In this document: positions 18,654 through 27,183 of the stretch, piece by piece
How the letters are laid out: each line of letters begins with the position of its first letter
Numbering within the stretch: the stretch's first letter is position 1
Source of the DNA: a virus
Length of the DNA stretch: 64,000 bases
Virus record (IMG/VR): IMGVR_UViG_3300033489_000007
Span: 1,342 to 65,341 of that record
Reading direction: 5' to 3' (one strand)
The notes under the pieces: generated by a model
What the model saw: the letters and a program-made list of their open reading frames with translations, nothing else
Database searches by the model: none
Told to the model about the DNA's origin: nothing
Position numbers and translations under genes: made by a program

Positions 18654-20467
18654 CAGTTTTCTCCTATGCCTAGGTCGGCCCGTATAGGTATCCTAAATTT
18701 AATCGGGGTGTCGACCCCATCAAACTTCTGAAGAACGTTTCTTATTTCTTCTGACAATTCTTTACGCCTATCCCTTCTGGCTGAAATGTCGAACTCGTCA
18801 TGTACAACGACCATCAATTCCGCCTCTCCTGATTGTTTTAATAGTTTGTCCACCTCTATCATTTTTACCTTCATACAGTCGGCGGCAGTGCTTTGGTACA
18901 GCAAGCCAGCTGCTTTGTGTGCGCCGTCCCCGTCCGGAAAGCGGATATGCCTACCTACTGGCGTCAGGATATAGCCACGCGATTTAGCCACGGATTCTAC
19001 GCTATTTTGTAGTTTACGCACTCCCTTGATATTGTCGTGATACTTGGCAAAAAGTGCTTTAGCCTCAGGACCCGCGACCAAGTAGCGTCCGCTGGGGTGC
19101 AGTGAATAAGGTAGACCGCATTGCTTTGCGAGTTCCCCCGCCCCCATCCCGAAAACGCATGCAAGGTTAATTTGTTTAGCGTTGGCCCCACCGGTTTTCT
19201 GGTCACGGTCACGAGGCAACCCCGTAAGACTGGCGATGAGCGAATGAAAGTCGGTCTTGTCGTCTTGGGCATACATTTCGTTGATACGGTAATCATTGAG
19301 GTATTGGGCGAATATGCGAAAGTCCATCTGGCTCCAATCATAGCATAGCCAGTCGTCCCCCTCGTCAGGAACAAAACATGCCCGGACAATGGCAGCCATT
19401 TTTTTGTTGCGTTTATGAATCTGTTGTAACGCTGGTTCTGTAATAGAAAGTCTTCCAGTATAGATTCCATTACCGTCTTCGGTACGCGTTTGGTTGATGT
19501 TGGCATATACGTAACCCTTGTGATTCATTTGTAGGATGTATTTACCGATGAACACATCACGGGCCTTGATGTAGCCGCGCAGATCTACAATCATCTGGGC
19601 CTCGGGTAGCGTGCATTGTTGCAATTTCACCGAGTCTAATGATGCCGCTCCTTTTTCCGTTTTCTCAAGTTTAGTGCCGTCTTTCAAGTGCCAGTTGCCA
19701 TCCTCTTTTTGATGGCAACCTAGTAGGTCCTTTACTTGTGGCCCTGAATTGACGTTCATCGGTCGGCGCGCGATTTCTTCCAATTTGTTCTGTAAGTCAT
19801 ATATGATTTCACCCATCTTGCGGTGGGCTTCCTCGGCGGCGGGGATGTCGACCCGCACGCCGCGCCGTTCCATCCCGATAACTACCGGCAGTAAGTCATG
19901 CTCAAGGCGGTTTACTTGGTGAAGGTTGTCCGACTCGATTATCTTTTCCTGCTCTTCCCATATGAGGTAAGCCAGCTCGGCGTCGATCTTGGCGTATTTA
20001 GCCACCACCGACTCAGGTGCCCTGGGAAGGTTACGGATTTGTGTGTCCTTATCTGGCTTGCCACCAAAAAGACGGGCCAACTCAACCCAGATTTCTTCCT
20101 TGTGCCGTTGTAGGTATTTAAATGCGACGGCATCGAGCCCGTATTCATATTTGTTCTCTTCAATAATAGCTTCACGGATCATTGTGCAAGCTAGTCGGCC
20201 CATCGGGAACTCAATACCGGTCTCCCTAAAGAAATGGGCGTCGAATTTGATGTTGTGGTTAATCCATAGCTTTACGCTAGCGAACGCGTGCCGCGCCCAT
20301 ATTAAGTTGTTACCCTTACGCAAGTCAAAATACTCGGACTCAAGCGCGCCAGTTTCCGATCGGAACGCGATAGCAACCCCGAATAGTTTATCCCGCTGCC
20401 AGGATAGCCCGGTGGTTTCACCGTCGGCTGCTACTACGCGGCCGTTAAGATTGGGGTACTCAACCAT
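18635..20467 (-). CDS. dpoZ: family-A DNA polymerase with 3'-5' exonuclease domain (DpoZ-like)
   Basis: Exo I DGETTGL, Exo II KFDAHF, pol motif A DWSQMDFRIFA, motif B KTGGANAKQINLACVFGMG and motif C VVHDE are all present. Confidence 0.85.
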   Translation of the reverse strand: MVEYPNLNGRVVAADGETTGLSWQRDKLFGVAIAFRSETGALESEYFDLRKGNNLIWARHAFASVKLWINHNIKFDAHFFRETGIEFPMGRLACTMIREAIIEENKYEYGLDAVAFKYLQRHKEEIWVELARLFGGKPDKDTQIRNLPRAPESVVAKYAKIDAELAYLIWEEQEKIIESDNLHQVNRLEHDLLPVVIGMERRGVRVDIPAAEEAHRKMGEIIYDLQNKLEEIARRPMNVNSGPQVKDLLGCHQKEDGNWHLKDGTKLEKTEKGAASLDSVKLQQCTLPEAQMIVDLRGYIKARDVFIGKYILQMNHKGYVYANINQTRTEDGNGIYTGRLSITEPALQQIHKRNKKMAAIVRACFVPDEGDDWLCYDWSQMDFRIFAQYLNDYRINEMYAQDDKTDFHSLIASLTGLPRDRDQKTGGANAKQINLACVFGMGAGELAKQCGLPYSLHPSGRYLVAGPEAKALFAKYHDNIKGVRKLQNSVESVAKSRGYILTPVGRHIRFPDGDGAHKAAGLLYQSTAADCMKVKMIEVDKLLKQSGEAELMVVVHDEFDISARRDRRKELSEEIRNVLQKFDGVDTPIKFRIPIRADLGIGENWWAASK

Positions 20468-20714
20468 CTACAAACCCAATATCGCGGGCGTAACACTTGA
20501 TCTTCAAACACACAAGCATCTTTTCTATTTCCCATTGTATAAGGTCGCGGCACTCGTATGAATTAATCAACTCTTTAAATGTGAACCTAGATATTTTACG
20601 CTCCTCACACAGCCCCGTCCCAGGGTCCTCTAAACACACTACATAATGGTCGGAGCACATATCCCAATGCTCCCATACTATCAAGGTGCGCCGGTCCATT
20701 CTAGTCTTCGACAC
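20460..20714 (-). CDS. hypothetical protein (84 aa)
   Basis: Coupled ORF between the exonuclease and the polymerase. Confidence 0.35.
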   Translation of the reverse strand: MSKTRMDRRTLIVWEHWDMCSDHYVVCLEDPGTGLCEERKISRFTFKELINSYECRDLIQWEIEKMLVCLKIKCYARDIGFVDG

Positions 20715-21402
20715 GGGTTTTACCCAGCAGTGCCGCCCGCAAGTATTGGTCCACGTCCTCTTGTCGCAGTAACCATGTTTTATAACTGTATGGGAGGTCT
20801 TTGATCAACTCGCCCTTGTGCTTGCCGAAGTTGATGCGGCTCGGGACGCGGGCCATCTCGCAGAAGTCCCATAATTTCTCCAGCGTATCGATATGTGATG
20901 GCAACTCCCGTAAGATTATGTCGAAAATCATGAAAGTAATCATCACGTCGACTTTGGCTCCATGGGCTTCTTTTAGAAGTGTCCGCAGAGCCCCGCTATC
21001 GTTTCTTTCCTCGTATATCGGCCCTAGCAATTTATAAGCTAGAGCCCCTAGTTTGTGGCTGGCGTCCGGCCAGAAATGGCGGGCCAGGGCTAACGTGCAA
21101 ATTCGTTTAATTTTGGGCTTTCCTATTACTTCCCAATCAAAATCAATATTGTGCCCTATTAAATAATCAGTGTTGGGGGGTAGTTCAAAACTCGCTGCGG
21201 GCGGTTCGTCTACCAACTCGCTATCAAAAATATGGTGGGCGGCCATTGCGTCGAACTCAATCGGTTTGCCTGGATTGAATCTACGACACCAGATATCGTC
21301 CATTTTCTCGATCGGGATCGGTGCGTGGGCTATTTCGATAGCAACCGGCCGATCAAAGCCGGTAGTTTCGGTGTCAATAATCAACGCCTTATCAAATTTC
21401 AT
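20701..21402 (-). CDS. DnaQ-like DEDDh 3'-5' exonuclease
   Basis: Motifs IIDTETTG, GHNIDFD and H....D. Start taken at MKFDKALI, 5 nt after the helicase stop. Confidence 0.7.
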   Translation of the reverse strand: MKFDKALIIDTETTGFDRPVAIEIAHAPIPIEKMDDIWCRRFNPGKPIEFDAMAAHHIFDSELVDEPPAASFELPPNTDYLIGHNIDFDWEVIGKPKIKRICTLALARHFWPDASHKLGALAYKLLGPIYEERNDSGALRTLLKEAHGAKVDVMITFMIFDIILRELPSHIDTLEKLWDFCEMARVPSRINFGKHKGELIKDLPYSYKTWLLRQEDVDQYLRAALLGKTRVED

Positions 21403-22783
21403 AACTTTGCTCACCCTCGTAAATGAAAAGATTATGGCGGGCTCGCGTCGCCCCCACGTAATAAACTCTATGTTGCGAGTCAGGGTTGATAGACGCCTCA
21501 CGTAGTGCTGCTTGCGATTGCGCCGTAACCAAGTGCACCTCGTCCGCCTCCATGCCTTTAGCGCCGTGGATCGTACTTATCCTTACTTTAGGCTCGGATT
21601 TGACGTCTACGGCATGTAAGTACTCCTCATGCTTCCAGAACACGTTGACTATCGACAATTCCCGACTGTGTAACTTATCCACGATTGCATCAATACCAAT
21701 CGTGTCATATATGGCCTTCCCTTTGGGGTTCAAGCATGACACGATGTGGTTAGCCGCCTCCTGTGACCCGTCGAATTTCTCAGCTAAGCGTAGCGCACGC
21801 CCGGCTTTAGTGTCAAGGGGCGCGGGCATGCCGCCGAGCGCCGTATAGGGTACGACCATATCCAATAATCCCGCTTCAACCTCCTCGCGGGTAAACCGGT
21901 CGCCGTACAGGATAAGGCTATCAGCGCCGGGAGTGATGACGATGTCATACGGACCACCGGCGCGCTCCACGCGGCCCGGCTCACTGGTGGGGGCGTATTG
22001 CTTCGGGACGCGGCGCTCGACTCGTTCGATGATTTGTGTGGCCACTTCGTGCACTTTCTGCGGCACCCGGTAGGACTGCCCCAAAACCTCGACTGACGCC
22101 CCGTGGCGGTTACCGAAGTCGTCCATAAGGTGGGGGTCGGCCCCTGCAAATGAGTACAATGCTTGGTCATCGTCGCCTGCGATGATTACTTCGATGTTGG
22201 GGTTCAAGCGGATTATATTGTCCACCACAGCCCAGTGCAAACGTGACAAGTCTTGGGCTTCGTCTATGAACAACATCGGGATTGGGCGGGGGCTGCGCTT
22301 CAATTTGCTGCCATCTTCTAGCATATCTGAGAAATCTTTGTAGCCAAACTTGGCCTTCCAGGCGGCGTAGGAGGTGACGAAGGTATTAAACTCGGCGAAA
22401 GTGCCAGGGTGACTGGTGTATTTGTGGTAGGCTTCGATCGGGCTCACTTGCTTGGCTCGCGCAAACGACATCAAGTCTACGTACTTGCGGCCCTCGCCGT
22501 CGTCGGACATATCCAAGCCGAACGCCTCTGTAAATTCAGTGAGTTTGGCGTCATCCACCGTCTGGGCTTTGGACATGGATAATGCTTTGAAGCACCAGCT
22601 ATGCAATGTCTGAATGTCTACGCCGCGTGTGTTGTTCGCGCCGAATCGATTAACTGCCTCAAACGCTGCTGCCCGAGTGTGCGACACGAACATCGTGCCG
22701 GGCGTGGCCTTATTGTTCAACACTTCGATCAACCGGCGAGTCTTGCCGGTGCCCGGGGGACCGTATATAACGTTTGCTTTCAT
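21392..22783 (-). CDS. SF1 UvrD-like DNA helicase
   Basis: Walker A GPPGTGKT. Motifs FIDEAQD, IIAGDDDQALYSF, TIHGAKGME and YVGATRAR. Confidence 0.8.
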   Translation of the reverse strand: MKANVIYGPPGTGKTRRLIEVLNNKATPGTMFVSHTRAAAFEAVNRFGANNTRGVDIQTLHSWCFKALSMSKAQTVDDAKLTEFTEAFGLDMSDDGEGRKYVDLMSFARAKQVSPIEAYHKYTSHPGTFAEFNTFVTSYAAWKAKFGYKDFSDMLEDGSKLKRSPRPIPMLFIDEAQDLSRLHWAVVDNIIRLNPNIEVIIAGDDDQALYSFAGADPHLMDDFGNRHGASVEVLGQSYRVPQKVHEVATQIIERVERRVPKQYAPTSEPGRVERAGGPYDIVITPGADSLILYGDRFTREEVEAGLLDMVVPYTALGGMPAPLDTKAGRALRLAEKFDGSQEAANHIVSCLNPKGKAIYDTIGIDAIVDKLHSRELSIVNVFWKHEEYLHAVDVKSEPKVRISTIHGAKGMEADEVHLVTAQSQAALREASINPDSQHRVYYVGATRARHNLFIYEGEQSYEI

Positions 22784-23040
22784 GTTATTGCTACTCTATC
22801 CAGTACGTAATAAGCCGCATGTTTCCGGCAGTAATATTTGCCATCGATCAAATACCGTGAGTTCATACCGCAGTGTTCTTGATCTAACTGACGGCTAGTG
22901 CGAAGTCGAAACTGCGCACCTCCACCTTTATTTCTAGCGGTCCATTTACGGTTCTGTTCAACGGTACTCCGACTTAGTTCCGCTTCACATGGCGGGCGCT
23001 CTTCAATACTCGCCGATGGATAACGGTCTACAACTTTCAT
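22780..23040 (-). CDS. hypothetical protein (86 aa)
   Basis: Coupled ORF. Confidence 0.3.
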   Translation of the reverse strand: MKVVDRYPSASIEERPPCEAELSRSTVEQNRKWTARNKGGGAQFRLRTSRQLDQEHCGMNSRYLIDGKYYCRKHAAYYVLDRVAIT

Positions 23041-23196
23041 TCTCTATTTCCAAAGTCCCCTCGGGCCGCACCTGAGCAACCGTGCGTTTAGCTTCTAACT
23101 CGCCCTTGGGGTGATTGCGCCCAGTACCGCGTCCGCCAGAGAAATGGGAGACACTACGCCCCAATCATTTCAAAGTATTAGCCGCGCCTCGCGGGT

Positions 23197-24000
23197 TCAG
23201 TATGGCACCACCTTGTCGGCCATTTTCATCTGCTCTTCGTGGTCGGTGTCCAACACCACCTTGCGGTTGCCGCTGGCGATAGAATCGTACATCTTTTCGG
23301 CTTGTTCATATACTTCACGCGCCGGGAATCCCGAGATACCAAACGAGTAGTTGTAGTAGTCGTCGCCGTTGGCGTTCTGCTCCTCGACGCCCATCGCAGT
23401 GTAGGTACGGCTGAACCGGTCGCCGCCCGCGATGCGCACCAACGAATTAAGCTGCCGCGATACTTTCAACTTGGTGCGGGACATCGAAATTACCGCCTCG
23501 TCGATTGTGCCATCCTCGCAGATAACCAACACGATTTGTTGGCCGGTTTCAATTGCCTCGAACTCTTCCGGCGCTTCCTCCTCTTCCTTTATGCGCTGTT
23601 GCGCCTCAGCGTTGGATTGGAACGCGCCCCGAAACCCGCCACCCTTTTTGCGGTCACGCCACACCAAATATTCGGTGCGGTAATAGACAGGGCAGATCAG
23701 GGCCGCGTGACCATACAACTTACGGGTGAGTGAATTGAACAGCATGCCGGGTTCCGCGCCCTCGATGTATTCAGGGTCGGATTTCTTGAGGCACGGCGAC
23801 AGCGCCTGCACCAAATCGAGCCGTGGGATGATAATATCCGTGGCTTTGACGTTTTCGCTACCTCGATTGCTGCCCTGCTTAATGTAGTCGGGCACGGCGA
23901 CAGCGGTCTGATTCGGTTTGACGGGGGCGTTGACAGCGCCGGACGCTGGGGCGGTCATTTTTTCAGCTTTAGACATATTAGCCTCGTGTGATTTGAGCAC
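23197..24000 (-). CDS. hypothetical protein, possible ssDNA-binding/recombination function (267 aa)
   Basis: Sits in the replication block. Has an acidic EEEEAPEEFE segment but no confident family assignment. Confidence 0.4.
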   Translation of the reverse strand: MLKSHEANMSKAEKMTAPASGAVNAPVKPNQTAVAVPDYIKQGSNRGSENVKATDIIIPRLDLVQALSPCLKKSDPEYIEGAEPGMLFNSLTRKLYGHAALICPVYYRTEYLVWRDRKKGGGFRGAFQSNAEAQQRIKEEEEAPEEFEAIETGQQIVLVICEDGTIDEAVISMSRTKLKVSRQLNSLVRIAGGDRFSRTYTAMGVEEQNANGDDYYNYSFGISGFPAREVYEQAEKMYDSIASGNRKVVLDTDHEEQMKMADKVVPY

Positions 24001-24484
24001 GTTGGATGGGGGTAACTTTCAAAATATCGTCGGTCGGGATCGGTTTACCGTCCTTGATGCGGCCACGGACGAAGGCGGCCAGAGTTTGAGCGTTAACGTT
24101 GCGGGTGATCATGTCCTCCAGCTCGTTTTCGCTAAGCCAATTAAACAGGCCATCTTTGTCCAACTGCTTGACTTGGACGTCCGGCACTGTATTGCATCTA
24201 CCAATACCGTCCACCTTTACGCTAGTGATGTCTTCAGCATCCATGCGGGCTGGGATGATCGCAAAGCGCAACATGTCGTAAATTTCTTCAAGCGGCGACT
24301 TTACTGCCTCGGCGATGCGTGATTTAAGGGTGTTTACCTCGTCCATGATCTTGATGCAATCCACTGCGCCGTTGGTCGGCCTCAGGGCGCGCTCTTTAAG
24401 ATCGGCCACGTAGCTCTGTAGAAATGCGATGGCGGCATTGGCCTTCAGGGCGCGCGGGTCAGGCTTGTATTCTGCTTCAGTCAT
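23978..24484 (-). CDS. hypothetical protein (168 aa)
   Basis: Start taken at the ATG with ATGA overlap to the upstream gene. Confidence 0.4.
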   Translation of the reverse strand: MTEAEYKPDPRALKANAAIAFLQSYVADLKERALRPTNGAVDCIKIMDEVNTLKSRIAEAVKSPLEEIYDMLRFAIIPARMDAEDITSVKVDGIGRCNTVPDVQVKQLDKDGLFNWLSENELEDMITRNVNAQTLAAFVRGRIKDGKPIPTDDILKVTPIQRAQITRG

Positions 24485-24825
24485 TTCGACACCCCCATCG
24501 TGTGGCACATGTATCGTTGCGTGCGGTCATCCCACTTCAGGATCTTGTGGTTGCCTCCTTTGCTGGTTAATAGCATCCCGACCATCATGATTTTAACGGG
24601 GGACCCGGTCGGCACGAGGTAGTCATAACCGGGGATGTAATCAGCCAGTTGATGCGCGGCCTCGGATACTATCGCCGCGTTCAATTTGCACATACCATCT
24701 TCATTAGGGGCGTCCGGGGCCAGCTTTTGGCTTTCCATGAACACGACTTCACCGAAGGTGGCTGCCGCTGAGTAGTCGAAGGGCATACGCTCCACGATGT
24801 ACACGTTTGGTTTACTTCTAGACAT
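24481..24825 (-). CDS. hypothetical protein (114 aa)
   Basis: Coupled ORF. Confidence 0.4.
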   Translation of the reverse strand: MSRSKPNVYIVERMPFDYSAAATFGEVVFMESQKLAPDAPNEDGMCKLNAAIVSEAAHQLADYIPGYDYLVPTGSPVKIMMVGMLLTSKGGNHKILKWDDRTQRYMCHTMGVSK

Positions 24826-24869
24826 AAAATCCTCTATCGAATATGGACGTAGTATATCACAGTCGAAGG

Positions 24870-25079
24870 CTACGGAATAGATTCAATCGCCTTTTTCTCT
24901 GTAATAATCCAAGCTACGGGTAGATTCTGCGGGTCGGCCAACATATGTATCACGATTGCCTGAATTTCAAGTTTGTCATTATCTAATAAATTAGACCACA
25001 ACGCTCTAGCTTCGTTTTCGGATGCATAGGCTGTTTTATACACGATATCTGGATTACTCATGTTCTTCCTCCAGTTCAA
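24870..25079 (-). CDS. hypothetical protein (69 aa)
   Basis: Small ORF. Confidence 0.3.
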   Translation of the reverse strand: MNWRKNMSNPDIVYKTAYASENEARALWSNLLDNDKLEIQAIVIHMLADPQNLPVAWIITEKKAIESIP

Positions 25080-25494
25080 GCTGCAATAACAATAGGGCGT
25101 TCCATGCTATTTGAGCTCTGTGTCGCATACCATCCTTATCGAATTTGCCCTCGGCGTGGCGCTTCAAAGTGTGACGCCCCAAGGCGTTGGCATAACGCTT
25201 CTCCTTGTTTTCAACTTTGCGCCAGCCGCCGAATCCCTTATACTTCTCTGCCCCCGCGCCCGACACTTTCGCGACCTCCAACAGAGCTAGGGCAAAGTAA
25301 TCAAACAGACCCTCGTCAACCGGCTCCTTACCCGCGTCCGTCTTAGCGCCGGGGGTTGAGGGATGCAAGCCAGCTGGGTCTATTTCACGTGGCACTAAAT
25401 CAATGATCCGACTGGGGTGGTGCTCTTTGCAATATTCTATAGCGGGGCTACCGCACTTGGTACAATACCATGTGATAGGTATTTTATCACTCAT
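25054..25494 (-). CDS. DUF550-like putative dATP/dGTP pyrophosphohydrolase with N-terminal zinc ribbon
   Basis: CTKCGSPAIEYCKEH, then EKYKGFGGWRKV ... ALGRHTLKRHAEGKFDKDGMRHRAQIAWNALLLLQLEL, matching the KY..W / RH..G.D..G..H.A.A..N.L.LL.L pattern I recall for DUF550. GGAGGG RBS upstream. Confidence 0.5.
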   Translation of the reverse strand: MSDKIPITWYCTKCGSPAIEYCKEHHPSRIIDLVPREIDPAGLHPSTPGAKTDAGKEPVDEGLFDYFALALLEVAKVSGAGAEKYKGFGGWRKVENKEKRYANALGRHTLKRHAEGKFDKDGMRHRAQIAWNALLLLQLELEEEHE

Positions 25495-27181
25495 TATCAT
25501 CGCCCTCCAAAATTTTGTCAACCGATTGCCTCTGTGCGAGCCGGTCGGCCACATAATCGGCCAAGTCGCGTTTTTCGTGAATCGAGGTAATAATGCCTAT
25601 GTCGACAGTCTTATCCATCAACAAGTCTATGTACAATACCCCATGCACCAATCCTTTACGGTGCGCGCGGTCTTCGGATTGAATTCGATCGCGGTATGAG
25701 TTGGTGTTGCTGTAATACACCACAGTGTGCGCCGCCGTCAGGGTGATACCTATACCGCCCGCCTGTTGGGTGCCTACAAAGAACTTCGCCTCGCCCGCCT
25801 GAAAAGCCCGCTGCACCTCCTCCTTTTCATCGATGCTCATGCCGCCCACCATATTGACGACGCGGCCTAATGGTCTGAGCATTTTAGTGATGGCTTCTAC
25901 TTCAGCTTTATAGCGCGCCCAAACGATCATTTGCCTATTATCCTGTTCGGCGATGCGCACCAATTCCGCTATTTTTGGGTTCTTCTCGGGCGGCACTAAC
26001 TCCACCAATTCGCGAGTGTCCTCCATAAAATAATTATCGTCTTCCTTTTTACCTGTGCCTAAATATCCCCCCACCACTTGCTGTAAGCGCAGCGCCTTGG
26101 TGAGGGTGTTTTTGACATCCACTTTCTCCATTTTATTCTTCTTTATTTTGGTATAGGCTTCCTTCTGCGCCTCGGACATTTGAATCGTCCGGACCGTGTA
26201 AGTTTTAGGGGGTAGGTATGCCATTACCTGCTCCTTGGTGCAACTATAGATGTATGGGTTAATCAAGCCCATCAATTCGTCTATATTGTCATATCCCACG
26301 ATCTCCTTTCGCTTATATCCGCCCATTATACAGTAGCGATTCCGAAACGCGTAATAGTCACCAACGCCGATGATGTTCGGGTCTAGGAATTCGAACTGCG
26401 CATATAGGTCAATAATATTTTTGATGACCGGCGTGCCTGATAGTATCATTTTCATGGGCGCGTGTTTACCCATTTCGATCACAGCCCGCGTCCTAATCGT
26501 GGCGTGGTTTTTGATGTCGGACGATTCATCGACCACCATCGCCGGTCGATGTGCCCGCACAAACCCCAATAAATTTTCGCCTGCCTTACCCTGAGATAGT
26601 GACTCTACACCGACCACCAATACATTTAACTTGTCTTGCGATAGTGCGATTTTATGCAGTGGGGTGTTACTGCGGACGTAGGTTACTACGTGGGGGCACG
26701 GGCAGTGTGTGGCCATTTCGTTTTTCCAGACGGACGACACCGTCAGGGGGCACACCACCACCACCGCCGATATCTTATGCGCGTAGAACGCCGCGACCAA
26801 AGTATCGATAGCCGACTTAGTCTTGCCGGTGCCCATATCCATAAACAGCGCTGCAGTGCCGGTTGCAAATGCGTGGTGGGCCGCCTCTATCTGTTGTGGC
26901 ATTGGTCTGGTTTTATACGCGTACCAATCCGGAAATTTGTCGCCGTTTCCTTTGCGTGCCGTTAACTCCTCTAGTTTGCTTTGCACGGGTCTATCCAGGC
27001 TCAATTGACTGCTGGCTTCCTGCAACCTCAAGGCATTAAGGCGCGTCCAGGGCACAACAAACGTCTGACTGGCCGCCATCCACCGCCGTGACGGTAGCTT
27101 AAGTAGGACGGTGTGCGCCCCGATATCCGGGCCGGGTTTAAATAGAAAACGGCGGCGCTCTTCGTCGATTGTAACTTCCAT
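25487..27181 (-). CDS. SNF2-family (SF2) helicase/ATPase
   Basis: Motifs MGTGKT, VVDESSDIKN, SGTP, QQAGGIGITLTAA and EDRAHR. Confidence 0.8.
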   Translation of the reverse strand: MEVTIDEERRRFLFKPGPDIGAHTVLLKLPSRRWMAASQTFVVPWTRLNALRLQEASSQLSLDRPVQSKLEELTARKGNGDKFPDWYAYKTRPMPQQIEAAHHAFATGTAALFMDMGTGKTKSAIDTLVAAFYAHKISAVVVVCPLTVSSVWKNEMATHCPCPHVVTYVRSNTPLHKIALSQDKLNVLVVGVESLSQGKAGENLLGFVRAHRPAMVVDESSDIKNHATIRTRAVIEMGKHAPMKMILSGTPVIKNIIDLYAQFEFLDPNIIGVGDYYAFRNRYCIMGGYKRKEIVGYDNIDELMGLINPYIYSCTKEQVMAYLPPKTYTVRTIQMSEAQKEAYTKIKKNKMEKVDVKNTLTKALRLQQVVGGYLGTGKKEDDNYFMEDTRELVELVPPEKNPKIAELVRIAEQDNRQMIVWARYKAEVEAITKMLRPLGRVVNMVGGMSIDEKEEVQRAFQAGEAKFFVGTQQAGGIGITLTAAHTVVYYSNTNSYRDRIQSEDRAHRKGLVHGVLYIDLLMDKTVDIGIITSIHEKRDLADYVADRLAQRQSVDKILEGDDNE

Positions 27182-27183
27182 AC

